64,000 bases of DNA from assembly GCA_963674595.2 (NCBI GenBank), contig CAXXFV010000007.1, positions 1 through 64,000 on the forward strand, read 5' to 3'. Below are positions 18,344-28,232 of this stretch, in pieces. This DNA is from a bacterium. GTDB taxonomy: Bacteria; Zhuqueibacterota; Zhuqueibacteria; Residuimicrobiales; Krinioviventaceae. The notes under the pieces were generated by a model. That model saw only the letters and a program-made list of their open reading frames with translations. It did no database searches and was not told the origin of the DNA. The position numbers and the translations under genes were made by a program. Numbering within the stretch: the first letter of the stretch is position 1; the number at the start of each line of letters is the position of its first letter.

Positions 18344-20131
18344 ATGAAAAAAATGCTTTTGATCTTTGCTATTTCATCCTTTTTGTTTTCAGCCAATCTT
18401 TTTAGTCAAGAGATGACTGTCTTTGAGCTTGTGGATAATTTATCCGTAGGTTTGACTCCATCTCCCAGTGGAAAATGGGGAGTAGCCATTGCTGATATTG
18501 ATTGTAATGGATATCCTGATCTTTATCAGGCCCGTTCTGCATCACCTGGTTTTAGCCGGATTTATTTAAATAATGGCGGTTTGTTTACTGACATAACCAA
18601 TCAGTCACCTCTCCAACAAATTGAAGAGGACACTGATGAACAGGAAACAAAAACAGCAGTTTGGATTGATTTTGATAATGACGGAGATAAGGACCTTTAT
18701 TTCGGAACGAATAAAAAGATGCACCTGCTGGAAAATGAAAATAACACCTTTAGTGACATTGCTGAAAGTGTTGGTATGGTAGGTGGCGTTCCCGGTTTTG
18801 TAACGGAATATGAATATGCCAATGGTGCATGGGGTGATTTTAATCAAGATGGTTTGCTTGATGTTTTAGTGGCACAACATAACAATGTAAAACCGTATAT
18901 TTTTGTTAATCAGGGTGGGACTTTTGTTGATATGCAGGAAGAAATTGGACTGGAAATTGACAAGGGAACTTGTTCCTATGGTGTCCAATGGGTGGACTTT
19001 GATTTGGATGGTGATCTTGATTTGGCGGCACGGAATTTAATATTTCAGAATGATGATGGCCTGTTTACTGAAGTTTCAGAGTCTCTTGGATTTGAACCTA
19101 CGGATATTCAAAATTGTAGCTGGTTCGATTATGATAATGATGGTGATCTTGATTTTTTCAAGACAGTTTCATCTGCAACTGGTGCCAGTATTAATGAATT
19201 ATGGGAAAATGACAATGGTCATTTTATTGATGTAACCAGTCAAGTTATCGGTGCTTCCATGCAGGACCGTTATCGTGGGTTGGCTATTGGTGATTTTGAT
19301 AATGATGGTGATCAGGATATTTTTATTAATATCAATACAAATACCGCAGATATTTTATTATTAAATGAACAAGTAGAGCCCGGTGTGCCAACCTTTGTTG
19401 ATGTCGCTGAATTTGTCGGGCTTACCCAGATCGGTGACAGAAAAGGCGGTTCATTTTTCGATTATGATCGTGATGGGTTTTTAGACCTTTATTTAACATC
19501 ACCGGAACACCAACACATTTTGTATCATAATTGTGCTCTTGGGGGCAATCATTGGGTTGGATTTATTCTTGAAGGAACACAATCCAATCGTGACGCCATC
19601 GGCACGTTGGTAAAAATTTATAGTGAAGGCAAATTTCAAATTCGTTTCACCCAGGCACCGACAGATTATCAAAACCAGGACAATCCCTGGGTCCATTTTG
19701 GATTGGGACAATCGACACAAATTGACTCTGTTGTCATTCACTGGCCGCTTGGTTTAAAAGAGGTTTTTACCGATATTCAGGCAGACCAATACTATGAAAT
19801 TAAAGAAGGTCAGACCACCGGTATTTGTGCTGATGATGAAAAAAATGTTCCGGATAATTGGGAGTTGCAGCAGAACTATCCGAATCCGTTTAATCCTCAA
19901 ACCAATATTACCTATCAAGTTGCCAGCCAGGCGGTTGTTAACGTTGATGTTTTTAACGTGAACGGACGTCATGTAAAAACACTTGTACAAGGCCAAAAAT
20001 CTCCCGGACGATACAACATTACCTGGAACGGCACGGCTTCCGATGGAAATTATGTACAAAGCGGTACTTATTTTTGTAGAATTCGTTCGGGTTATTTTTC
20101 AAAAACGATTAAAATGGTTTTTATACGTTAG
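18344..20131 (+). CDS. Secreted FG-GAP/VCBS repeat protein with ASPIC/UnbV domain and C-terminal sorting domain (CRTAC1-like)
   Basis: Signal peptide; repeated D(F/Y)DNDGDxD motifs; SNRDAIG...VHFGLG...IHWP ASPIC/UnbV motif; QNYPNPFNP tail. Confidence 0.88.
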   Translation: MKKMLLIFAISSFLFSANLFSQEMTVFELVDNLSVGLTPSPSGKWGVAIADIDCNGYPDLYQARSASPGFSRIYLNNGGLFTDITNQSPLQQIEEDTDEQETKTAVWIDFDNDGDKDLYFGTNKKMHLLENENNTFSDIAESVGMVGGVPGFVTEYEYANGAWGDFNQDGLLDVLVAQHNNVKPYIFVNQGGTFVDMQEEIGLEIDKGTCSYGVQWVDFDLDGDLDLAARNLIFQNDDGLFTEVSESLGFEPTDIQNCSWFDYDNDGDLDFFKTVSSATGASINELWENDNGHFIDVTSQVIGASMQDRYRGLAIGDFDNDGDQDIFININTNTADILLLNEQVEPGVPTFVDVAEFVGLTQIGDRKGGSFFDYDRDGFLDLYLTSPEHQHILYHNCALGGNHWVGFILEGTQSNRDAIGTLVKIYSEGKFQIRFTQAPTDYQNQDNPWVHFGLGQSTQIDSVVIHWPLGLKEVFTDIQADQYYEIKEGQTTGICADDEKNVPDNWELQQNYPNPFNPQTNITYQVASQAVVNVDVFNVNGRHVKTLVQGQKSPGRYNITWNGTASDGNYVQSGTYFCRIRSGYFSKTIKMVFIR

Positions 20132-20315
20132 AGAAAATAGCAATTTACTTGTTTGCAGGTTTTCATCAAATGAGACTTGCACCGATTGAGAATGTTTTGA
20201 CGATTTATAATACCATACAGGATATTGATTATCCTAAATTATCGTTTTGAATTACGTGGTTATTTATTAATTTTTAAAAATAGTAGCGTTAACAATAACG
20301 ATCTGGAGCAGTTAA

Positions 20316-22031
20316 ATGGAGCAAAGTGTTGGAGCAGGTTGGATCGATTATTCAGCCGTCTTTCTTTTTTTCGCCATGATGGTTGCCATCGGAATTTTTT
20401 ATTTTCTGAAAACAAAGAATACATCGGATTATTTTTCCGGCGGACGTATTATACCGGGTTGGATATCCGGCTTGTCCTATTTTATGAGCGGCTTTTCAGT
20501 CATGGTTTTTGTTGGTCAGGCTTCGGCAGGTTATCAGCATGGAGGCTGGTTAATGGCCAATGCTCCTCTCTGGGCTTTGGGATTAATATTGAGTGCACCT
20601 ATAGCCGCACGCTGGCACAGAACAGGTGTAACAACTGTTCCTGAATTTTTGAGTATGCGCTTCGGCGAATCCACCCGTTATTTGTACAGTTTTGTCGGAA
20701 TTCCTTCAAGGATTTTGGACAATGGAAACCGTATTTATGCGACCTCGGTTTTTGTCGGTCTTGGGCTTGGCATCGGTAACGGTTTAGGGCTATGGGGGTC
20801 AAGCTTTATTATTGTTGTTTATACTTTTCTCGGTGGGCTTTGGGCGGTTATTACGACAGATACGATACAATTTTTTCTCATGAGTATTGCTGTTGTTTTA
20901 GTGGCTGTTCTCGGGATCGGGGCTATTGGAGGTTTTTCTGAATTTATTTCCAATTCTCCTGAAGGATTTTGGCATATAAGTGCGGACAATGAATTCACAT
21001 TAGGATATTTGATAGCTATCGCCATTTTAAATTTTATAAACAACAACGGGTTTTGGTCTCTAATTCAGCGATATACAGCCACTCCCACGGAATGGGAATC
21101 AAAAAAAGTGTGCTATATTTCCGCCTTTGCCACATTGGTTGTTCTGCCGATTCTTTTCTTGCCCAGCACAATGGCGCCGCAAATTGTTTCCAATGAAATA
21201 AATCAGCTTGTGTCCGGCGGTATGCCGCTTCATTTGGCTGCCGAAAGAAGTTATATTTTAGTTTGTTTTAAATTATTACCGGCAGGTTTAATGGGATTTA
21301 TTATAGTGGCCGGATTTGCCGCAACAATGAGTGCGTTGTCTTCTGAATACAATATTTTGTCGGCTGTATGTACCAACGATATTTATCGCGATCTTGTAAA
21401 AAAATCAAAAAAAATCAAAGAACAAAAATTGTTATGGATCGGTCGTTTTTCTACTTTGATTATTGCTATGCTGTGTACATTAATTGGGTCTCAAGTGAGT
21501 AACTGGGGAGGCGCTTTCAAGTTTTGCTATCTGGCGTTGGGACTCACAAGTTCACCGACTTATCTGCCGCCGCTGCTGGGAATTTATTTAAAAAGAACAC
21601 CGGCATGGGGTGCTAATTTTGCCTTTTTTGCCGGACTGATTTCCGGTTTGTTGACAGAGTTTGTGTTTAAATTACCTCTTTTAAACACTGTTCTCATCAA
21701 CACGGCTGTTACGGTTGTTGCTTTTGTTCTCGCCGGAATTATTGATCCGATAAAAGGAGAACGGAAAAAAATAGTCGATTCACTATTTGAAAAAATTACT
21801 ACAAAACAGGCAAAACCCGCTATGGTACAAACAATTGAGAATACGACCGATAAAAAAAGTATACCAAATATTAATGGTGTTATCGGTATAGGTTGTGTTG
21901 TATTTGGCTGTTTTCTTTGCTTTGCCGGATTTATGACAAAATCTTTCGGCGGATTTTGGCCGAATTTTTTAAGCGCTATAGGCCTCATTGGAATTGGAGG
22001 TGTGCTTTTGTATAAACCCAGTAATAAATAA
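20316..22031 (+). CDS. Sodium:solute symporter (SSF) family transporter
   Basis: DYFSGGR, TTVPEFLSMRFG, GGLWAVITTDTIQF, IQRY, AATMSALSS; many TM helices. Confidence 0.92.
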   Translation: MEQSVGAGWIDYSAVFLFFAMMVAIGIFYFLKTKNTSDYFSGGRIIPGWISGLSYFMSGFSVMVFVGQASAGYQHGGWLMANAPLWALGLILSAPIAARWHRTGVTTVPEFLSMRFGESTRYLYSFVGIPSRILDNGNRIYATSVFVGLGLGIGNGLGLWGSSFIIVVYTFLGGLWAVITTDTIQFFLMSIAVVLVAVLGIGAIGGFSEFISNSPEGFWHISADNEFTLGYLIAIAILNFINNNGFWSLIQRYTATPTEWESKKVCYISAFATLVVLPILFLPSTMAPQIVSNEINQLVSGGMPLHLAAERSYILVCFKLLPAGLMGFIIVAGFAATMSALSSEYNILSAVCTNDIYRDLVKKSKKIKEQKLLWIGRFSTLIIAMLCTLIGSQVSNWGGAFKFCYLALGLTSSPTYLPPLLGIYLKRTPAWGANFAFFAGLISGLLTEFVFKLPLLNTVLINTAVTVVAFVLAGIIDPIKGERKKIVDSLFEKITTKQAKPAMVQTIENTTDKKSIPNINGVIGIGCVVFGCFLCFAGFMTKSFGGFWPNFLSAIGLIGIGGVLLYKPSNK

Positions 22032-22074
22032 AGTGATCTGGTTTTTAGCTGCATTTATTTCGAAAGGATGAAAA

Positions 22075-23202
22075 ATGGTCCAAAAGAGTGTAAAGCAAAT
22101 TTCAAAATTATTTCTAGTCATTTTTATTTGCACTTTTACCCAATCTCTTTTTAGCCAGGATCTGGATGAAAAATTGATCTGGCAGAAAAAGTATATGGAT
22201 TATCTGCGTCAAATCGAAAACCATTTTGAAAGAACAGACGGAAATTATGCCGTTCAATATTATATTGAATCCTATGCTGTGCGCAGTATACTCATTGCCT
22301 ATGATAATTTAACAAATGATAACTATGACCTTAATTTTGCCATTAATTGGGTTGAACGAATGATTTCACTTCAGGGTAAAGTTTTAAATCCTGGAGCATA
22401 CGATATGGGATATGATGCCACCGGTTATGAAAGGCCGCTGGGATGGTATGTTGCGGATTGTTCGTGTATTGCATTGAGTGTGTTGGCTGCTGCCAAAAAT
22501 CCACAGGTTGTTTCCGGTCAACAGGACCGATACATTCATTCTGCACAAATTTTTGCTGACTATGTTATTGAAAACTGGCGAAATGAAAACGGTTCTATTC
22601 AAACGGGTTGGAGAAATATGGAGTTAAATCCTATTCAAGAGTTTTGGATCGCCACTTCTCTTTTCAGCGCTGTTGCCTGGGAACTGTATGATGTGACAAA
22701 AATTGAAAAGTATAAAACAGTCGCTATCGAGGCATTAGACTGGCTGCTGGATTTTGATTTTAAAAACTCTGAAGTCACACCCGGCACCCATTTTAATGAT
22801 GGCATCCCTACATTTGTTGTCTATCTTGGCGAAGGACTTGTGACAAACGCACATTATTTACAGGATGATGCCAAATATTTATCCAGAATTAAGAAAAAAT
22901 TAAAATCCGTTATTGATCTGGTGTTGGATAATCAACGACCAGATGGCGGATTGGACTGCAAGGTGTTGTGGTGGCGGCAAAAAATCCCTGCCATGTATGC
23001 TGTTTTAGACTGGTATTACCGAAATATGGATCAAAACGAGCGTGTTAACAAAGCCGCCCAAAAAATCCTTGATTATAGTTTTTCTCCAACGGCACAAGTT
23101 GAGTTGTGCAGCGGTCTGCATACCCAAACTACCACGTTTACATTTTTTATGCTGGCTGAAAAGTGTGTACCGAATTCTGTTTTTGCAAAACCCTTAAAAT
23201 AA
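22075..23202 (+). CDS. Secreted hypothetical protein, probable (alpha/alpha)6 barrel (six-hairpin glycosidase-like)
   Basis: Signal peptide; helical repeats such as 'ELYDVTKIEKYKTVAIEALDWL' and 'NQRPDGG'. Confidence 0.5.
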   Translation: MVQKSVKQISKLFLVIFICTFTQSLFSQDLDEKLIWQKKYMDYLRQIENHFERTDGNYAVQYYIESYAVRSILIAYDNLTNDNYDLNFAINWVERMISLQGKVLNPGAYDMGYDATGYERPLGWYVADCSCIALSVLAAAKNPQVVSGQQDRYIHSAQIFADYVIENWRNENGSIQTGWRNMELNPIQEFWIATSLFSAVAWELYDVTKIEKYKTVAIEALDWLLDFDFKNSEVTPGTHFNDGIPTFVVYLGEGLVTNAHYLQDDAKYLSRIKKKLKSVIDLVLDNQRPDGGLDCKVLWWRQKIPAMYAVLDWYYRNMDQNERVNKAAQKILDYSFSPTAQVELCSGLHTQTTTFTFFMLAEKCVPNSVFAKPLK

Positions 23203-23217
23203 TCGGAGTACATTGGA

Positions 23218-24687
23218 ATGAAAACAGGATTTGGTCAAGCATCACTCATACCGGCCATCGACTGGCCTGCAACAACAGGTTCCCGGTCTGAGGATGGTAA
23301 ACCAACAGATTATGATCGTGAACAAAAATTTGATATTTCGGATCGTGTGGTTAATATGTGGCGCCCGGAAGAAGGCGGTCCACGTATTGTTGTTGATGAA
23401 TTAAAAGTATCTGTTTTATATGCTGCTGACGATGCCGGTCCTTTTGTTTTGGCCGCAATTGATTACTGTGATATTGAGTATGAAATTTTGGATTTACTGA
23501 TGAAACCCATTGTGACGGCGTTCAAGGTCCCGCCAGAGCGTATTGTTTTTATGCCGTCACATGGTCATGTCAGTGTTGTATATGATACTGAAAAACTTGA
23601 GGAACAGATTTATTCCGCTGTAAAACAGGCTGTTGAAAACCAAAAAGAAACGGAAATTGCATTTTTAAATATTCCAATTGACGGGAAGAAATATATTATC
23701 AATCGCCGTTTGTTTGTACAGGGTCTCGGTACAAAGACCATTATGTTTAATGATCATTGTATTGTTAAAGATGACTGTCTGGATGCAACAACACAAATCA
23801 CTCAGTGGATTAAAAATTTAGGCGCCAACCCTTCTGATTTTCGTCCTCCTTTTAAATGGTTTTTTACTCAACAAAATGTTGATAATTCTTTACAGGCTGT
23901 TTTTTTCAGGGACAAAAAGTCCAAGGCGCTTTGCGGTAGCTTTGTCCGCTTTGCCGCCCATGCGGTCATTGTTTCTGAAAAAAAAGTAAGAGGTGATATT
24001 TCTGCAGATTACCCCGGATATTTGAAAAATAGAATGCAGAAAATTCTGGGTGGCGTTGCCATGTTTGCTCAGGGATTTTCCGGTGATTTACGTCCGCTTC
24101 ATAAAGAATATTCGCACGATTGTGCCCGCGAATATGGTCAGCATTTGGCTGATCTTATTATTGCTCAATTTTCTAACCTTGAATGGAAATCAGTTAATAA
24201 TGTATCGTTTGTTTCAAAGCCGATAAGCTTTCCTTTATTGCAAAATATACCTCAAACAAATACGGAAGCTAAAAAAGAGCTGGACAGGATTGAAACGTTA
24301 TATGATCAGGCCGTTAATCCGGAGGAAAAAAGAAAATTACAAAACGAGTTTTGGTTCTATTATCGCTGTGAGGATGTATTAAAAATATTAAGACCGGAGT
24401 GGATTCGCAGCAGGATTGTTAAAAGCCGAGTGTTTGCAGCCGTTTTTGATAATAATGTTATATTAATGTGCCCGGGAGAACAGTTTTCTTCCACACATCT
24501 CAAAATAAGTGAAAAGTTTTTGGACAGAAATATTATGATACTGGGAAATGTCAATGAATATATTTCCTATATGCCGCCAAAGGATGAGATTGAAAAAGGG
24601 GGATATGAACCAAGTGTCTGTCTTGTTGCTTCGGATTCATCAGAAAAACTTTTAAAAACAGCCTGTGAAATTTTAAATGGATTATGA
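23218..24687 (+). CDS. Neutral/alkaline ceramidase-fold metal-dependent hydrolase-like protein
   Basis: SHGH, FAAHA, ISADYPG, FAQGFSGDLRP, PGEQFS and YISYMP...GGYE follow the ordered motifs of this fold. Confidence 0.7.
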   Translation: MKTGFGQASLIPAIDWPATTGSRSEDGKPTDYDREQKFDISDRVVNMWRPEEGGPRIVVDELKVSVLYAADDAGPFVLAAIDYCDIEYEILDLLMKPIVTAFKVPPERIVFMPSHGHVSVVYDTEKLEEQIYSAVKQAVENQKETEIAFLNIPIDGKKYIINRRLFVQGLGTKTIMFNDHCIVKDDCLDATTQITQWIKNLGANPSDFRPPFKWFFTQQNVDNSLQAVFFRDKKSKALCGSFVRFAAHAVIVSEKKVRGDISADYPGYLKNRMQKILGGVAMFAQGFSGDLRPLHKEYSHDCAREYGQHLADLIIAQFSNLEWKSVNNVSFVSKPISFPLLQNIPQTNTEAKKELDRIETLYDQAVNPEEKRKLQNEFWFYYRCEDVLKILRPEWIRSRIVKSRVFAAVFDNNVILMCPGEQFSSTHLKISEKFLDRNIMILGNVNEYISYMPPKDEIEKGGYEPSVCLVASDSSEKLLKTACEILNGL

Positions 24688-25451
24688 GACCGCGTGAGTT
24701 GGGAATGAATGAATATATAAAAAAGCATAAAGTTCCGAAAAATGAACTTGAACATAGTTTTACTAAATTTTGTTTACTGGCGGATGTCATCAGTGGTGTT
24801 TACACCAATTATTTAATATTTAAACAAAGACACCAATTATCAATAAAGCCTGACAAGAATGAGATTAAAATTTATCTTATTACAAAAGGATCCGGCGAGA
24901 TTGAATGTGAAAACAAAAAATTCACATTTTCAGAGTTGACGGTCTTTATCCCGGGGCCGGTAGAGCCTTTTACACTTAATACGGTAAACGCTGTTGAAAT
25001 GATTGAAATAATTATGGATTTAAATCATCAGGACAAAGAGTGGCTTTCTCCCCAAAAGTTTCCCTATTTTATGACACTTTCACAATGTAAGCCATATAAA
25101 GAAAATATCAAAAGTGAAAAGACTGTTAATTATATGCTTGTCCCGGATGATATTGTTCCGAGATTTTCATTGGGTACGGTGCAAACCACCGGTCCGGACA
25201 GGGTGGAAGCTCATTCCCATCCTTTTCTCGAACAATTGTTTTTTGGTTTGGGAAAAAATGATTGCTGTGTACATGCAGATGACCATGAAACCCGTTTTGG
25301 GGCTGATACGTTGTTATATATTCCGAGCGGTTCTCACCACGGTGTCCGTGTTGAAGACGAAAAATGCTTACATTATGTGTGGCTGGATTTTTTCAAAACC
25401 TTAAAAGATATTCGCTATATCCGTGAAAATCACGTGTTTGAAGATTTTTAA
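24684..25451 (+). CDS. Cupin-domain protein (bicupin-like)
   Basis: HSHPFLEQ...IPSGSHHGV metal-binding cupin motif; ATGA overlap with the upstream gene. Confidence 0.8.
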   Translation: MRPRELGMNEYIKKHKVPKNELEHSFTKFCLLADVISGVYTNYLIFKQRHQLSIKPDKNEIKIYLITKGSGEIECENKKFTFSELTVFIPGPVEPFTLNTVNAVEMIEIIMDLNHQDKEWLSPQKFPYFMTLSQCKPYKENIKSEKTVNYMLVPDDIVPRFSLGTVQTTGPDRVEAHSHPFLEQLFFGLGKNDCCVHADDHETRFGADTLLYIPSGSHHGVRVEDEKCLHYVWLDFFKTLKDIRYIRENHVFEDF

Positions 25452-25628
25452 AAATTAGTTATATTCATACCTTTGTTTCACATGAACCAGGCAAACCAAT
25501 TATATATTATCTTTCCGCTATTTTCCTTATCTAATCAGGTCCCAAAAGAATGATGCCGGGGAGGTCTTGGGGCTTGGTAATGTCTTTCTGAAATGTATTA
25601 TCTGTTTACCGGGAGTTAACGGCTTTTT

Positions 25629-26480
25629 ATGTCGCTTCGAACCAGAAATGTTTTGTATCTAGTGATTACTGCCATTATGTGGAGCAGTGGCGGATTGTTG
25701 ATAAAATCCATTCCACTGAATCCGATGGTTATTGCCGGAATGCGCAGTTTTGGAGCGGCTATTATTTTAGGCCTGTTTGTTCGAACCAGAAAAATAAATA
25801 ATATTTATACGGTTATCATTGGCCCTGCGCTTTATTGTGTTACACTTTTTCTTTTTGTCATGGCCAATAAAATGACAACAGCCGCTAATACGATAATTTT
25901 GCATTACACGTCACCCATTTGGGTTGCGTGTTCAAGTTTTTGGTTTTTACGGGAAAAAGTGAGATTCGTTGAATGGGGATGTATTATTTTGGTTTTTTTC
26001 GGCAGTGTTTTGTTCTTTTTAGATGATGTTGAGATAACCGCCCAATGGGGTAATTTACTGGCATTATTAAGCGGACTTTCTTTTGCAGGTTTTATCATCT
26101 CTTTAAGAAAACAAAATAATGATTCGCAGTTGTTTAGTGTCTTTCTCGGCAATCTGCTGACAGCGCTTGTGAGTCTTCCTTTTTTGAATGATATGTTATA
26201 TGATTTAAAGCCTGTACATTGGCTGTTGATTTTTTGTTTGAGCGTTTTTCAACTGGGGATCCCTTATGTTTTATATTGCAGTACGGTCAAACATTTAAAG
26301 GCCATTGAATTAAATTTGATACCCAGTATAGAGCTGGTTTTAAATCCATTATGGGTGTTTATTTTAATCGGTGAACAACCTTCGGCAATTTCCATGGTGG
26401 GTGGATTTATCATTATCACCTCTATTGTCTTTTTTATTGTTTATACCGCACGTTTCAGTGCGAAAAACAATCCTGTGTAA
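25629..26480 (+). CDS. DMT/EamA family transporter
   Basis: About 10 TM helices in two EamA repeats; WSSGGLLIK, YTSPIWV, LREK, GNLLALLSG, ELVLNPLWV..GEQP. Confidence 0.9.
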   Translation: MSLRTRNVLYLVITAIMWSSGGLLIKSIPLNPMVIAGMRSFGAAIILGLFVRTRKINNIYTVIIGPALYCVTLFLFVMANKMTTAANTIILHYTSPIWVACSSFWFLREKVRFVEWGCIILVFFGSVLFFLDDVEITAQWGNLLALLSGLSFAGFIISLRKQNNDSQLFSVFLGNLLTALVSLPFLNDMLYDLKPVHWLLIFCLSVFQLGIPYVLYCSTVKHLKAIELNLIPSIELVLNPLWVFILIGEQPSAISMVGGFIIITSIVFFIVYTARFSAKNNPV

Positions 26481-26647
26481 AATGCCTGTGATTATATAAA
26501 CCTTGCAGCCGGAACATTTATTATTAAATACTAGAAGCAGGGGAGATGGATATGAGAATTTTTATCTCAGGTAAAAAAAGGATATGAATAAATTGTAAAA
26601 AGTGGGTTCTGCTCTTTTTAAATCGTTCAATTTATTTGCTTTTTTAC

Positions 26648-26700
26648 TTGATATTTTACTAGTTTGTTTTTATATTTAAATGTATAAACATTTAAATATA
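26648..26700 (+). promoter_or_regulatory. Promoter and palindromic operator of the mmsA-phnW-phnX operon
   Basis: TTGATA-17 nt-TATATT (26648-26676); perfect 13-bp inverted repeat TATATTTAAATGT-ataa-ACATTTAAATATA (26671-26700). Confidence 0.65.
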
Positions 26701-26756
26701 TAATATGCATGTTAGAAGTATTCACCTTTTCCCGGCAGAATAGGAGATTTTGAAAA

Positions 26757-28217
26757 TTGAAAGAATTACTGGAATGTAAACATTTTATAAATGGTCAGTG
26801 GATAAATGCCCAAACAACAGAACAACAAGCGATTACAAATCCATCCACCGGTGAAACTATTTCCTGGTCACCTCTAAACGGTAACAAAGATGTTGATGAT
26901 GCTGTTTCTTCAGCAGCAAAGGCGTTTGAAGAGTGGCGGGATACACCGGTAACAAAACGGGCCCAAATTATGTATCGTTACAAACAGTTGCTTGAAAAAA
27001 ATATCGACGAATTGTCGCGTTTGGTAACCCTTGAACATGGTAAAAATGTGATAGAAGCCAGGGGCTCTGTCGGCCGCGGAATTGAGGTTGTGGATTTGGC
27101 ATGCAGTCTGCCGGCCGTGTTTAAAGGAGAAACGTTGCATAATGTGGGCGGTGGTGTTGATTATGAAACACGCCGTTTTCCATTGGGTGTGTGTGCAGGT
27201 ATTACGCCTTTTAATTTTCCGGCCATGATCCCTTTGTGGATGTTTCCCATTGCCATTACCTGCGGAAACACTTTTGTTTTAAAACCATCGCCGCAAACGC
27301 CGTTAACTTCTATTCGGCTTGTAGAGCTGCTTGATGAAGCGGGTTTGCCAAAAGGTGTTATCAATGTTGTACATGGCGGCAAAGAGGCGGTTGATGCGCT
27401 ACTGGAACATCCTCAGGTTCAGGCTGTTTCCTTTGTCGGTTCTACACCGATTGCAAAATATATTTACCAAACAGGTACAAACGCCGGTAAACGCGTTCAG
27501 TCTGCCGGTGGCGCAAAAAATTATGCTTTGTTGACCCAGGATGCTCCGGTTAAAGAAACTGTCGATGCATTGATCGCATCCGCATTCGGTTCGGCCGGTG
27601 AAAGATGTATGGCCATGAGTATTGTTATAGGTACGGATGATGTTATTGATAAATTTTTACCCCATATACGCAACGCTGCCGCAGAATTAACAGTGGGCCC
27701 GACTTTTGGAGATGAAACACCGGATATGGGACCGGTTATCAGTCAGGAACATTTGGAGCGAATTCAAAATTATATAACATCCGGAATAGAACAGGGTGCG
27801 AAATTAATCCTGGATGGCCGAAAACATGACATTATAAATCCGTCAAACGGCTTCTTTATCGGGCCGTCGATTTTTGATCATGTAAAACCGAATATGCGGA
27901 TTGCTCAGGAAGAAATATTTGGGCCGGTTTTATGTGTCATGCGTGTAGCAGACTTTGATGCGGCAATGGAACAAATCAATACAAGTCCCTATGGAAATGC
28001 GGCGGTTATTTTTACAAATAACGGTGCTTGTGCGCGTGAGTTTCGCAATCGTGCACAATGCGGTATGATTGGTGTCAATGTCGGTGTTCCTGCGCCTATG
28101 GGACTTTTTCCATTTTCCGGATGGAACGATTCTTTTTTTGGTGACCTTCATGTTCAGGGCAGGGAAGGCATTGATTTTTATACAAAGAAAAAAGTTGTTT
28201 TAAACAGATGGTTTTAA
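26757..28217 (+). CDS. mmsA: CoA-acylating (methyl)malonate-semialdehyde dehydrogenase (TTG start)
   Basis: ITPFNFPAMIPLWMFP, SFVGST, GGAKN, GSAGERCMA, EEIFGP, IGVNVGVPAP..FPFSGW..SFFGDLH. Confidence 0.92.
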   Translation: MKELLECKHFINGQWINAQTTEQQAITNPSTGETISWSPLNGNKDVDDAVSSAAKAFEEWRDTPVTKRAQIMYRYKQLLEKNIDELSRLVTLEHGKNVIEARGSVGRGIEVVDLACSLPAVFKGETLHNVGGGVDYETRRFPLGVCAGITPFNFPAMIPLWMFPIAITCGNTFVLKPSPQTPLTSIRLVELLDEAGLPKGVINVVHGGKEAVDALLEHPQVQAVSFVGSTPIAKYIYQTGTNAGKRVQSAGGAKNYALLTQDAPVKETVDALIASAFGSAGERCMAMSIVIGTDDVIDKFLPHIRNAAAELTVGPTFGDETPDMGPVISQEHLERIQNYITSGIEQGAKLILDGRKHDIINPSNGFFIGPSIFDHVKPNMRIAQEEIFGPVLCVMRVADFDAAMEQINTSPYGNAAVIFTNNGACAREFRNRAQCGMIGVNVGVPAPMGLFPFSGWNDSFFGDLHVQGREGIDFYTKKKVVLNRWF

Positions 28218-28232
28218 TACAAGGAGTTTTAA

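Noticed and set aside
26757-28217. PhnY phosphonoacetaldehyde dehydrogenase
   Set aside because: The motifs (GGAKN, AGERCMA, SFFGDLH) are those of MmsA/IolA, and phnA is absent.
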